64,000 nt of DNA from Naegleria gruberi (lineage: Eukaryota), in assembly GCA_000004985.1 (NCBI GenBank), contig GG738860.1; one strand, given 5' to 3'. Below are positions 42,253-51,876 of the stretch, piece after piece; within the stretch, counting starts at the first letter, position 1, and each line of letters begins with the position of its first letter. The notes below the pieces were generated by a model that was given only the letters and a program-made list of their open reading frames with translations, was not told the origin of the DNA and did no database searches. Both the position numbers and the translations under genes were made by a program.

Positions 42253-42773
42253 GTCTAAATAATCATATTCAATTAGCTACATGTAATCTATCGTGTTTTA
42301 ATCTCTCAAAACAAACATGTTTGCTTAACAATATAGATAGACACAATCTGCACGTTATTGCAGTACAAGAGACTCACTGGGACATATCAAATAACGAACA
42401 ACTCAGATTAGCAACAAATTTATTTAACAATTGTTACGTATTTAATAGTTTCAAACAACCAAGTGACCATTTTGGAGGAATATTAACTCTAATTAGAAAA
42501 GACACTCAAATTAACCTCCTTTCATATGAAGAATTAATCAAAGGCCGATTAACAAATGTTAAAGTAGAACTTAACAACAAAACTATTAATTTTGTTAATT
42601 GGTATGGAAGAATTAAAATGGACAATATATATTTTGAAATTTTTAATATACTAACAGAACTAATTCAATATTGTATGGTACACAATGAATATTTATATAT
42701 ATTAGGTGATACAAATATGACAACAATACCAAGCACCAAATTTAGCAGACTTTCTCCAAAAGATAAAAACTAA
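42249..42773 (+). CDS. Retrotransposon ORF2, N-terminal part (apurinic/apyrimidinic-type endonuclease), terminated by a frameshift.
   Basis: MSLNNHIQLATCNLSCFN…HVIAVQETHW… The stop TAA at 42771-42773 lies right after an A5 run (gataaaaact). Confidence 0.65.
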   Translation: MSLNNHIQLATCNLSCFNLSKQTCLLNNIDRHNLHVIAVQETHWDISNNEQLRLATNLFNNCYVFNSFKQPSDHFGGILTLIRKDTQINLLSYEELIKGRLTNVKVELNNKTINFVNWYGRIKMDNIYFEIFNILTELIQYCMVHNEYLYILGDTNMTTIPSTKFSRLSPKDKN

Positions 42774-45706
42774 TACAATGGATAAGCGAATATAGGTTGT
42801 ATGATTTTAATTCAACAAACATTCAACCATCTTTCACACAATTCAATGGATCATCAGTATATGCTAAATCACGACCAGATCATATTATTGCTAATATTAA
42901 CAATCACATATCTAGTAAAGATATTGACACCTTTACTCAACATAACATAGTATGTGCTACTGTTGACCTACAATATGAACCAAAAACTTTCTCTCTACCA
43001 TTTACAAAAAATATATATAATTGGGAAAAAATTAAAGATAATATTGAAAATATTAAATTAAAAATTTTACAATCCAATTACAACACGGTAGAAGATATTC
43101 AAAATCATTTAATTACAATTTTACAAGAATTTACCTATCAAAAAAGAAAATCAAATAATGTAACAAATTGTAAAGAATATCAAGAATTATTCAAATTAAA
43201 AAACGATATTAACAAATATTATTTAAAAAAAAAGAAAAATTTAAATAAGAAAAGTATTGAATTATTTAATAATAATAACAACCCTTCCAGAGATGAAATC
43301 AAAGTTAAATTAGTAGAACTTGATGATAAAATGGATTCAGTTATTAAAGTTAAATTAAAGGAAAGAAAACAAGCATTCATTAATGAAGTTAATGATTTAA
43401 CAACGAAAAAACCATTTAGTTACCCATTTAGAAAAGAATCTAAACACTCATCTATCTTCAATGTAACTAACTCGGTCAATTTTGAAAAAGAAATAATAGA
43501 CCACTTTTCTAAAATGTTCAATACTGAACTCCCCAACTCTGACATTGAATTCACACATATAATTAATGATATCAACAATAATAATCAAATCAACCTATTC
43601 ACATCAGAATCATTATATGAAACAATCTCAAATACGAAAAATTCAATGGCAGGGTGGGATAATATACCCATAAAATTCCTGAAATTGTTAGATGAAGAAT
43701 GTATAGAAAAATTTGTAATTCCATTTAACAATATTCTTGAAGGAAAAACCCAAATACCACAATCATTCAAACAAGGTCTACTTCTTCCCCTTCCAAAAGT
43801 TAATAATCCTTCAAAATTGGGAAACTTTAGACCAATAGTGGTATTACCAACTCTATATAGAATTCTCTCTACTTTCATTAATTCTCAAATAATGAACATA
43901 ATTAACACTAATAATAATTTATTAAATGAATGTCAAAGAGGATTCTTGAAGAATAGTTCAACAACAGATAACCTATCAGTAGTGAAAACAGTATTGAATT
44001 CATACTTGAACAATAACAAATCAATATTCATTTCTACATTGGATATTAAAAATGCTTATGGTTCTGTAATTCACTCTAAACTGATAGATATTTTAGAAGC
44101 AAAAGGATTTGATAGTCATATATGTAACCTTGTGAAAGACATGATCACCAATCATAAAATTAAGATTCTTGCTAATAATTCAGTGTCAGCAGAATTTAAT
44201 TCAACACTTGGTGTTCCTCAAGGTGACCCTTCAAGCCCTATTCTCTTCAACCTATATTTCGATCTAATAACGCAAGTTATTAAAGAATTCAAAGGAATCT
44301 CATTTGGAGATATTAACGTGGTAATCTTATTATATGCTGATGATATAATTATTCTCAGTGAAACAGCATATGAAATGAATGCAATCCTAAAAAGATTAAC
44401 AGAAATAGGAAATCAAATTGGATTACATTTCGCAGAAGAAAAGTGTAAAGTAGTAGGTATCACACCTGCAGGTAACAGGTCAAAAGCAAAAATCTGGATG
44501 AATAATATTAATATTAATAACAAAAAACATGACTTGGAGTACCTTGGAGCCATTCTTAATGGTAGTAATTTCAACTGGAATACACCATCCAGTGTATTAG
44601 ATAAAATTACATTCAGAACTCAATCTTTCAAACCAAAAATGTTAAAACTAAACACTGCAAGAGTGGTGTTTCAATCTAAAGTAATATCAATCCCCAGATA
44701 CTTATGTAGTGTCGGTTGTTTCCCAAAATCTAAATTGGAGAAATTGGATAAATATATTTCAGGACAAATCAAAATGAAAATGGGATGGGATTGTAGACTG
44801 TCTAAAGCAGTAATGTATGGAGAAAAATCTATTGGGGGTCTAGGACTAATATCACCCTCAAATATTTACTATATAGAACAATGTGCTGCTTTATACAGAT
44901 TTGTTAACTCATCATCGTCTATTACTCGTTATGTGATGAGAAAAGCATTACTAGATGTGGAACAAGCATTAGACAGCAACAACTATTTAGAAGAATTTAT
45001 TTTAAATTTAATTAACAACAACTGGAATTGGATCGAACCAAGAAATCTAGATTCTTCAGAATGGATATTAATCAAGCAAAACAAAACTTCACCAGACATC
45101 AGGCAAGAATTACTAGCTCATCTTAGAAGTAAGATGACACCTAGCTTGATGGGCAATTTAGATAAAAATAACGAATGGCACAGATTGACATTAAATTTCT
45201 GGTCTAATCCAACACTTTCACTATACCAACAAAAGATATGCTTTGCAAACTTGCACAAAGCAATTAGAATCAATAATATTGATGACAAAGAACCAATTAT
45301 TTGTGAATCCTGTAATACCAGTGCAACTTGGGATCACATATTTTGGGAATGCTCTCGATGTATACACGAACGTACTGAATGTCAACGGTTATATGATGAA
45401 ATCTCACTCACCTATAACCTTAATAAGATTGAAATCAACACAACATCAAGCTCCCCATCAACTCTTACTTTCTCTCCAAATGGAATCATCTTAAAATCAA
45501 ATTACAAAATATGGAAAAAGAAAAAGATCGTTAAATCAGAAGTTCTAAATCAAATTTATAGAATTTACGTTCAATATGTTGAAAATTGTTACAAAAATTC
45601 TGATTGGAACTCAAAACTAGGTCCAAAAAGGAACTACTCTATCTCAACAAAACAAAAAAACCACCCTACATCATGGCAAATCCACCAACAACTAAGCCAA
45701 CGATAA
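42767..45706 (+). CDS. Retrotransposon ORF2 continuation (APE C-terminus, reverse transcriptase, Cys-rich domain) in the -1 frame.
   Basis: The frame is open from 42767, overlapping the end of the APE ORF. Sequence: …RPDHIIANINN… (APE SDH-like motif), then RT blocks including YADD, then the zinc finger. The track lists it from 42797 (TTG). Confidence 0.65.
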   Translation, partial: KLIQWISEYRLYDFNSTNIQPSFTQFNGSSVYAKSRPDHIIANINNHISSKDIDTFTQHNIVCATVDLQYEPKTFSLPFTKNIYNWEKIKDNIENIKLKILQSNYNTVEDIQNHLITILQEFTYQKRKSNNVTNCKEYQELFKLKNDINKYYLKKKKNLNKKSIELFNNNNNPSRDEIKVKLVELDDKMDSVIKVKLKERKQAFINEVNDLTTKKPFSYPFRKESKHSSIFNVTNSVNFEKEIIDHFSKMFNTELPNSDIEFTHIINDINNNNQINLFTSESLYETISNTKNSMAGWDNIPIKFLKLLDEECIEKFVIPFNNILEGKTQIPQSFKQGLLLPLPKVNNPSKLGNFRPIVVLPTLYRILSTFINSQIMNIINTNNNLLNECQRGFLKNSSTTDNLSVVKTVLNSYLNNNKSIFISTLDIKNAYGSVIHSKLIDILEAKGFDSHICNLVKDMITNHKIKILANNSVSAEFNSTLGVPQGDPSSPILFNLYFDLITQVIKEFKGISFGDINVVILLYADDIIILSETAYEMNAILKRLTEIGNQIGLHFAEEKCKVVGITPAGNRSKAKIWMNNININNKKHDLEYLGAILNGSNFNWNTPSSVLDKITFRTQSFKPKMLKLNTARVVFQSKVISIPRYLCSVGCFPKSKLEKLDKYISGQIKMKMGWDCRLSKAVMYGEKSIGGLGLISPSNIYYIEQCAALYRFVNSSSSITRYVMRKALLDVEQALDSNNYLEEFILNLINNNWNWIEPRNLDSSEWILIKQNKTSPDIRQELLAHLRSKMTPSLMGNLDKNNEWHRLTLNFWSNPTLSLYQQKICFANLHKAIRINNIDDKEPIICESCNTSATWDHIFWECSRCIHERTECQRLYDEISLTYNLNKIEINTTSSSPSTLTFSPNGIILKSNYKIWKKKKIVKSEVLNQIYRIYVQYVENCYKNSDWNSKLGPKRNYSISTKQKNHPTSWQIHQQLSQR

Positions 45707-45757
45707 CTTCATAGTCAGAACCGTACCGGTTCTAACTACCAAATAAACAAACCCTAC

Positions 45758-45776
45758 ATTTTTTTTGGAAACATTG
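45758..45776. repeat. Target-site duplication (3' copy), ATTTTTTTTGGAAACATTG.
   Basis: Exact 19-nt match with 40888..40906. Confidence 0.8.
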
Positions 45777-45852
45777 AAAAAATTTACAATTTAATGAACT
45801 CGAATTTAAGAACATACAACCACTATAACAACAAAAAAACAACTGATTATCA

Positions 45853-46284
45853 ATGGAAGCACCATCATCATCAATATTACCATCAACCATCATTGAATAC
45901 TTGCAAAAAATTGAGAGTGCAAATCCCTTACTAACAGACAAAACATTTGTGTATGATCGGGATTTGGAAAATTCAACCACAGTCAAATATCATAACATTC
46001 CTCACGAATTTAATGCTGACACACTCGTACCAGTAGCCCATGGATCGGAATATCCCAATGAGATGTTTTTTGCTCGTACCTTTGAAAATGATCCCCACAA
46101 GAGCAATAAATACCTTGCAGAATTGGATAGGTTGTGTGATGAGTTATTAGGTAAGAAGTTGAAATGTTCCTATAGTTATGCTGCTGGTGGATTTGAGAGT
46201 TACTTTTGTGAGGTTGGATTTCATTATTATGGCATTGAGGGATTGTTTTTGCTGGTTTTCAAAACGGAATTTCAAAAGGATTAA
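45853..46284 (+). CDS. Hypothetical 143-aa protein.
   Basis: ORF with a real ATG (MEAPSSSILPSTIIEYLQKIESANPLL…). No motif recognised. Confidence 0.35.
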   Translation: MEAPSSSILPSTIIEYLQKIESANPLLTDKTFVYDRDLENSTTVKYHNIPHEFNADTLVPVAHGSEYPNEMFFARTFENDPHKSNKYLAELDRLCDELLGKKLKCSYSYAAGGFESYFCEVGFHYYGIEGLFLLVFKTEFQKD

Positions 46285-46497
46285 TAAGCAAAACAACCAA
46301 AATAAAAACTGAATGTATCTTTTTATCTGAATTTTAGATAATTTGTTGCGAAGCAACATTTAAAAGTCTTATTCGAGGATTAGTTACATTCAATATTTGT
46401 ATGTAAACACAAAGTGAACTTGTTCCTTTTTTTAATCTTTAAATAGCGCACAATTCATTGGGCATTTAAGAATTCAACACTAAAAAAATAACTCAAA

Positions 46498-46830
46498 ATG
46501 AATAACAACAACAGATTAGTAGGAGAACAAGATTTAAACCCACTATCTGGTAGTTTTAGACCCATCAATAGTAATGGCCCTACCCCAATGAATGGTGGAA
46601 TTGGTGGAAATCAAGTTGGTCCAAATAACCCAATCTTTAATCCAAACATTCCATATTCAGCACCACCTATTAGACCTCAAATTCTTCCAGGTTCTAGATT
46701 TGATCCAATCAATCCAACAATTGGACCATTTGGAGGTGGTGGCAATGGAGGAGGAAATACTTCATCCTCATTTGGTAATATTAATCCTAGTCATCACAAA
46801 CCTCCACAATTTGAAGATGAGGATTTTTAA
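46498..46830 (+). CDS. Small Gly/Pro/Asn-rich protein with a PI31-like RFDP motif. The assignment is tentative.
   Basis: ILPGSRFDPINPTIGPFGGGG resembles the proline-rich C-terminal PGARFDPFGP segment of proteasome inhibitor PI31. No FP domain was found. Confidence 0.3.
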   Translation: MNNNNRLVGEQDLNPLSGSFRPINSNGPTPMNGGIGGNQVGPNNPIFNPNIPYSAPPIRPQILPGSRFDPINPTIGPFGGGGNGGGNTSSSFGNINPSHHKPPQFEDEDF

Positions 46831-47136
46831 AGATATTCTCAATGAATAATAATACTAAGTTTTGAATAATAGTATTGAATATAGTACTTCGCGAGTGTAA
46901 ATAAACAAGAATATTTGAAGGTTCATTCCCATCAAGTGTTATTTCCAAGGTGTTATCATTGATAATAATCTTGTTCTTTGAAGGGAAGAAATGGAAAGAA
47001 ATAACCTTAATAATTGCTAAAAGTACCAAACAGATCCAGAAAAAATTGCCTTTGGTGACTGACTGAGAGCACTCTTCCATCGTTAAACTATTCCAACTGG
47101 AGGAGCGTCATACAGTGAGCGATGGTTTATTCAAAT

Positions 47137-47511
47137 TCATTTTTCTTCAACTTCTTCATCATCCTGAACATGTAATGTCTTTGGTCCTTCGAGTCCAATC
47201 GAACAATATGTGGTCACTTTTAACGTACGTTGATCTCCACTGTTCTCGTATTGATTAAGAGTCTCGATAAATCGATTGTAGGCTGCTAAATTCTCCACCT
47301 TGAAGTGAATTTCCTCTCCTTCATCATTCAACACAGCAATCATGTGAGTTTCCCTGTCCAAATTCACAAACACATACTCCTTCTCTGAAACGACAGGAAC
47401 AATTAAATCACTTGATGATGGTACAACAATTTGATGTCTTTCACCAGTGATGATATCATGAGCTGTGATGAACATTTTACTTCCCATCTTGGTTTTTGTT
47501 GGTTTGGACAT
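47137..47511 (-). CDS. Hypothetical small acidic protein (124 aa).
   Basis: ORF with ATG. No motif recognised. Confidence 0.35.
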   Translation of the reverse strand: MSKPTKTKMGSKMFITAHDIITGERHQIVVPSSSDLIVPVVSEKEYVFVNLDRETHMIAVLNDEGEEIHFKVENLAAYNRFIETLNQYENSGDQRTLKVTTYCSIGLEGPKTLHVQDDEEVEEK

Positions 47512-47960
47512 TTTGCTCTGTTAGTGTGATTCCAGGGTGTTGATGTTTTTTAAGGTAGATCCTGCTGTACAGGTTACTTTTCAAATCACTACTCCTGCCT
47601 TGTTCACAAATTGTAATAGGTTCAACAATCCTTACAGACAACATGACACAGTACAATCATGATCACTGTTTATTCAACTTTTGTTGGATAATTGTGATGA
47701 GGTGTGAAATCTTGGTGTTGTCTTCCTTTGGTTAATTCAGACAATAAAAACCTCTTTTGGGAGGGAGACATTCATTTCCACTGTTTACAATATTGAGACT
47801 ATTCTTTAAATGTAAAAATATCAAATGAATAGAGTGGGAGGTGATTGTGGAAGATTTGATTGGATTTCTATATGATGTGCATCATGTCGCCATTCTTCCA
47901 ATAACTTTCTCATCCTTTCGTTTGACCTTCTCAACCTTTCGAATACATCCTTCAAATTAA

Positions 47961-49433
47961 TTAATGTTTGAACCTGAACTGCATTTCTTCCTCACATGTT
48001 GCACTATCAATCTTGAATAGAATTTCCTCCCTCAATAGGTGAATATTTGGCATATTCAACTCATAAACTCCACCAAACGTCAGATAATTATCAACAACTT
48101 GAAATGCCAGTAATTTCCTCTTTTTGAAAGTGCTAGCTAATTTGAATTTGGAAATGTCTTTGTAAACAAGGACACCTTCAGGACAGAATGATCTCCTTGA
48201 ATATTCCAGTAACATTTCACAAGTTTCACTCTTATTTAAAGCCCATTCCAATTCAGAATCGAATACTTCCACCTTTTGATATCTCTTCATAATAGAATAA
48301 ATTACTGGAAGAGTCACTGTAACAATTATTTCCAAACTCAAGTACAGAAACATGATCAACCCAGCAGGTATAATATGATCCACAACTCTATAAAACGATT
48401 GACCTAAGGTAATATATAGTCCTACACAAACTACTTGAAGAATCAGTATCAAAATAGACTCCACCTTAATAAAGTATGTGTCCTTCTCAGTTTTCAATAG
48501 AAGAACCAAACACACAAGTTGAATAATCAAATAGACACAATAGGTGATTCCACCAATGTATGTAATGGATTCTAATGCATAACATCCCTCAAAGGAAAGC
48601 ATTGATTCGTCCTCCATTAGAAATCTCGAATTTGGATGTAAAGAATCTTCAAAAATTGCTAATGAAAACCAGAATATGATATGAAATCCATAAACGGCTA
48701 AAAATATAGAAATTAACCATTTGTGGGATTGTAAAATGTAATTGGAATAAATGAAGAATTTCTCTATTTGTTTTAGGTTTTGATGTGAGGCGATTTTGTT
48801 TCTAATAGTTTTCAGAACGGGAGCTCTATACACCATTACTGGAATCAAAGTATTTGGACTGTTCGGTGAAGAATAAACTGAACTAATCACTGTAACAATA
48901 TCATTTTGCTTTTCATTTTCTCTGAATTTTGATTCTTTCAAAAGGTTGAATCTCCATTGTACATACACTCTTAGACATCTAATAATTGTTGGAATGGAGA
49001 AACATGGTGGCATTAGAAAGAAAACTAAACTAAATAAGATACAAGGGAAGATTTCTCTACCAATAATAAACCTTAAAGAAAAGATGGTAAATACAAAGAA
49101 ACTTGAAACGAGAGTAAAAAACATGCCAGCAATTGTCCTAGCTCTGATATGATCCGAGTTTCTGTTCCATACGAAACCAATTATACTCGAAACTACAAGC
49201 ATCAAATAAACCCCCAAACACAACCCTGACAGAATCGGGACTGACAATACATCAGGACACTGCCCAGGAAAATTCCTCATGTCGTTTACCATTTTCAAGG
49301 AAAAAAACCAGCTTGGACATTGTGTATTATTGAAATGGGGTAAATGTGGTTGTTGTTCCGTTTGCTGAAAAGCAAGAGAATGGAAGAAGAGGGAATATTT
49401 GGGAAATGTTGCAGTGATTGGTGGGTTGTTCAT
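47961..49433 (-). CDS. 7TM receptor with a C-terminal RGS domain (paralog 1). The RGS C-terminus is disrupted by a 5-nt frameshift. Possible pseudogene or sequence error.
   Basis: Seven hydrophobic helices. N-terminal QCPDVLSVPILSGL. C-terminal LLEYSRRSFCPEGVLVYKDISKFK…AFQVVDNYLTFGGVYELNMPNIHLLREEILFKIDSAT is RGS-like. The -1 frame 47821..47960 encodes the missing last RGS helix VQVQTLINLKDVFERLRRSNERMRKLLEEW, which matches paralog 2. Confidence 0.55.
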   Translation of the reverse strand: MNNPPITATFPKYSLFFHSLAFQQTEQQPHLPHFNNTQCPSWFFSLKMVNDMRNFPGQCPDVLSVPILSGLCLGVYLMLVVSSIIGFVWNRNSDHIRARTIAGMFFTLVSSFFVFTIFSLRFIIGREIFPCILFSLVFFLMPPCFSIPTIIRCLRVYVQWRFNLLKESKFRENEKQNDIVTVISSVYSSPNSPNTLIPVMVYRAPVLKTIRNKIASHQNLKQIEKFFIYSNYILQSHKWLISIFLAVYGFHIIFWFSLAIFEDSLHPNSRFLMEDESMLSFEGCYALESITYIGGITYCVYLIIQLVCLVLLLKTEKDTYFIKVESILILILQVVCVGLYITLGQSFYRVVDHIIPAGLIMFLYLSLEIIVTVTLPVIYSIMKRYQKVEVFDSELEWALNKSETCEMLLEYSRRSFCPEGVLVYKDISKFKLASTFKKRKLLAFQVVDNYLTFGGVYELNMPNIHLLREEILFKIDSATCEEEMQFRFKH

Positions 49434-49597
49434 ATCATTGAATTGTATTTTTTTGAGAGAATGATAGGGTTTGAAGTGAAAGATATCTCATGCTCATATT
49501 AAAGGGAATAAACGATATTTCAATCTTTGCCCATTAAGGAGATTATGAATTAAAGTTAAATTGATGATTAAGAAATTAAGATAATGTTAGTCATGAG

Positions 49598-49671
49598 GCC
49601 GTCATAGCTCAGTTGGATAGAGCACAGGACTTCTAATCCTGGGGTCGTGGGTTCGAGCCCCATTGTCGGTA
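49598..49671 (+). tRNA. tRNA-Arg (anticodon UCU), second copy, identical to 26990..27063.
   Basis: Same 74-nt sequence as the minus-strand copy. The flanks differ except for the 3' AAAT(T)GTTTTTA T-run. Confidence 0.85.
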
Positions 49672-49675
49672 AATG

Positions 49676-49680
49676 TTTTT
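49676..49680 (+). terminator. Pol III T5 terminator 3' of tRNA-Arg.
   Basis: ttttt lies 5 nt after the tRNA end. Confidence 0.35.
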
Positions 49681-49716
49681 AGTTTTTTATTTTGAAATAT
49701 TTGTGCTTAACGTTAC

Positions 49717-51378
49717 TTATTTAACTCTTGCTGTTGGAGGTGATCTTGAAGAAACTGGAATATTATCTTTTTCTTTCCACTCTTGCAATACCTTTCTAAT
49801 CTTCTCATTAGCATATCTCAACCTTTCCAAAACATCTTGCAATGTGAGAAGAGCTTGAAATTGGACCTCCTCAAACAAGTCGTCTGTCAATTCATCATTA
49901 CACATTGCACTATTGATTTTCAACAAGATGTCTTCCCTTATAACATTCATATTTGGTAAATTCAGCTCGTAAACTCCACTAGATGTCAAATAACACTTCA
50001 CAATGTCCAAGGCAATGAGTTTTCTCTTTTTAAAGCATCTAGCCTGTTTAAATTTGGTAATATCCTTATAGACAAGAACACCTTCAGGACAGAAAGATCT
50101 TCTCGAATATTCCAACAATATTTCACAAGTTTCATTCTTATTAAGAATAAACTCCAATTCATTACTGAATACTTCAATTGTTCTCAAATCTTTCACAATG
50201 GCATACAGAACTGGTAATGTTATAGTGATGAATATCTCAGCTCCACAGTAATAAATCATAATTAGGCCAGTTGGGAATACACGATCATATACTTTGAAAA
50301 AATCCATTGTACAACAAATATATATAATGGCAGCTGTAATTTGAACAATGATTGTAATAATTGTTTCTCCTTTGATAAAGTATGTATCCTTTTCAGTCCT
50401 TAATAACCAAATAAAAGCCACAACTTCAATAATGAAGTAAAACACAAAAAGAATGATAATTACAATATTGATTGGCGGTTTTGTGTAGCAACCTTTCAGT
50501 GATATCATTGAAGCTTCCTGCATGAAAATCATTGTCTCTGAAAAGAAAGATTCCTCCACGGCTGCCAAACTAAACCAAATCAAAGATTGAATTCCATACA
50601 CGCACACAAATATGAAAGTTTTCCACTTTTTTGAATGGAAAATAAGATTTGCTTTTCTATAAATGTTTTCCTTCTCCTCAATCTTATTGTGAAGATCTAG
50701 ATATTGTTTAAATTCTGTCCATTTGTCCTGATTAGTTTCCAATATTCGATTTGGAAATGTTAACGACCCAGTCAATATTGGACTCGATGGCGTTCGACAC
50801 ACAACACCACTCCCTATCAATTCTCCTTCACCACCTCCATTCATTTCTTTACAATTTTCATCCAATTCATTCTTTCTCATTTCATTTTCCTTAAAATTCT
50901 GAGCTTTAAACCAATTCACTCTCCACTGAGTATAAACTCTCAAACTCCTCAACGTATTTGGCACTGTAAAACTTGCTGGCATCATGAAAAACATGAAACT
51001 GTATAATAAACATGGAAATTGCTCTCTGGAAATCATGTACCTCAATGAATAGACGCTCACTATGAAAATACTTGAGAAAATTGTAAAGTGCATGCCAGCT
51101 GTTGATCGTGCCATGACGTGGGTGGAGTTTCTCTTCCAAATGAATCCAAATATTGAGAGAGAAACCAGGCAAATATAAAATACGAAAGATAGTCCTGAAA
51201 TTATGGGAACGGAAATGGCATCTGGACATTGATCAGGGATGTTTCGATTACGAGGGACGAGAGTAAGGGAAAGTAACCAGGTGGGACATTCTGTGGAATT
51301 GTTATTGGAAGTAAGATTAGTTGATGAATTGCTTTCGTATAATGTTTCGAATAATGTGTTTGATACTTGATAAAACAT
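49717..51378 (-). CDS. 7TM receptor with a complete C-terminal RGS domain (paralog 2).
   Basis: 553 aa with a real ATG. Seven hydrophobic helices. QCPDAISVPIISGL. RGS: ILLEYSRRSFCPEGVLVYKDITKFK…ALDIVKCYLTSSGVYELNLPNMNVIREDILLKINSA…FEEVQFQALLTLQDVLERLRYAN. Confidence 0.6.
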   Translation of the reverse strand: MFYQVSNTLFETLYESNSSTNLTSNNNSTECPTWLLSLTLVPRNRNIPDQCPDAISVPIISGLSFVFYICLVSLSIFGFIWKRNSTHVMARSTAGMHFTIFSSIFIVSVYSLRYMISREQFPCLLYSFMFFMMPASFTVPNTLRSLRVYTQWRVNWFKAQNFKENEMRKNELDENCKEMNGGGEGELIGSGVVCRTPSSPILTGSLTFPNRILETNQDKWTEFKQYLDLHNKIEEKENIYRKANLIFHSKKWKTFIFVCVYGIQSLIWFSLAAVEESFFSETMIFMQEASMISLKGCYTKPPINIVIIILFVFYFIIEVVAFIWLLRTEKDTYFIKGETIITIIVQITAAIIYICCTMDFFKVYDRVFPTGLIMIYYCGAEIFITITLPVLYAIVKDLRTIEVFSNELEFILNKNETCEILLEYSRRSFCPEGVLVYKDITKFKQARCFKKRKLIALDIVKCYLTSSGVYELNLPNMNVIREDILLKINSAMCNDELTDDLFEEVQFQALLTLQDVLERLRYANEKIRKVLQEWKEKDNIPVSSRSPPTARVK

Positions 51379-51876
51379 TGTTCAAGAAGATTGTTGTTTT
51401 TTCTTTTTAAATTACATCATTCAGTATCTCTTAAAATTAAAAAGAATGGTACTTTTAATGACAAGGATTGACTTGAGAAACTATTAAAGACAAGGATAAT
51501 CATCTTGAGAAAAGGGAAAATATTTTACAATAGAGATTTCGATAAAATTGAAAATGTTTAGAATTTGTTTTTCTTCTCATTTTCTTTGTTATTCGAAAGA
51601 TAATTGGTTAAATACGAAACTCAATGAAATAGTCAATCTACAACATGCTTTGAAACACCTCAAAAAATTTTGAAACAAACATGACAACAATTCAAGCTCT
51701 TTATTCGTCAGGAAATGTCAAAAGTCTTTTCGTTATTTTAGTGAAAGGTATTAAAATGCCACATTTCATTTTCATGCTTGTTTCTGTCATGCTATCTGTC
51801 AAATCCTTCCAAATGCAAACAAGTTTCAACCACTGGCTCTTTGAAAATTAATTGATCAAAACGAAATTATAAAAAA

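Larger units (their letters stand above)
40907..45757 (+). mobile_element. Full-length non-LTR retrotransposon (TRE3-like, tRNA-gene-targeted, L1-clade APE type). It encodes ORF1, APE endonuclease, RT and a Cys-rich tail, and is flanked by a 19-bp TSD.
   Basis: 19-bp perfect direct repeats at both ends. The 5' end starts with GGGGGG. ORF1 is 40939..42252. The ORF1 stop overlaps the ORF2 start (ATGA at 42249-42252). The APE motif IAVQETHW is followed later by RPDHII. The RT motif is LLYADDIIIL. The Zn motif is CESCNTSATWDHIFWECSRC. The 3' UTR hairpin is gaaccgtaccggttc. Insertion is 79 bp downstream of tRNA-Ile. Confidence 0.8.

Noticed and set aside
45853-46830. Possibility that 45853..46284 and 46498..46830 are two exons of one PI31-like gene (FP domain plus Pro-rich tail).
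   Set aside because: There is no GT donor at the end of the first ORF. The first ORF shows no recognisable FP-domain similarity. The two are kept as separate low-confidence genes.
46147-47080. Overlapping small ORFs (70-97 aa) on both strands between the PI31-like gene and 47137.
   Set aside because: They are short, mutually overlapping and AT-rich, with no motifs. They are most likely non-coding.
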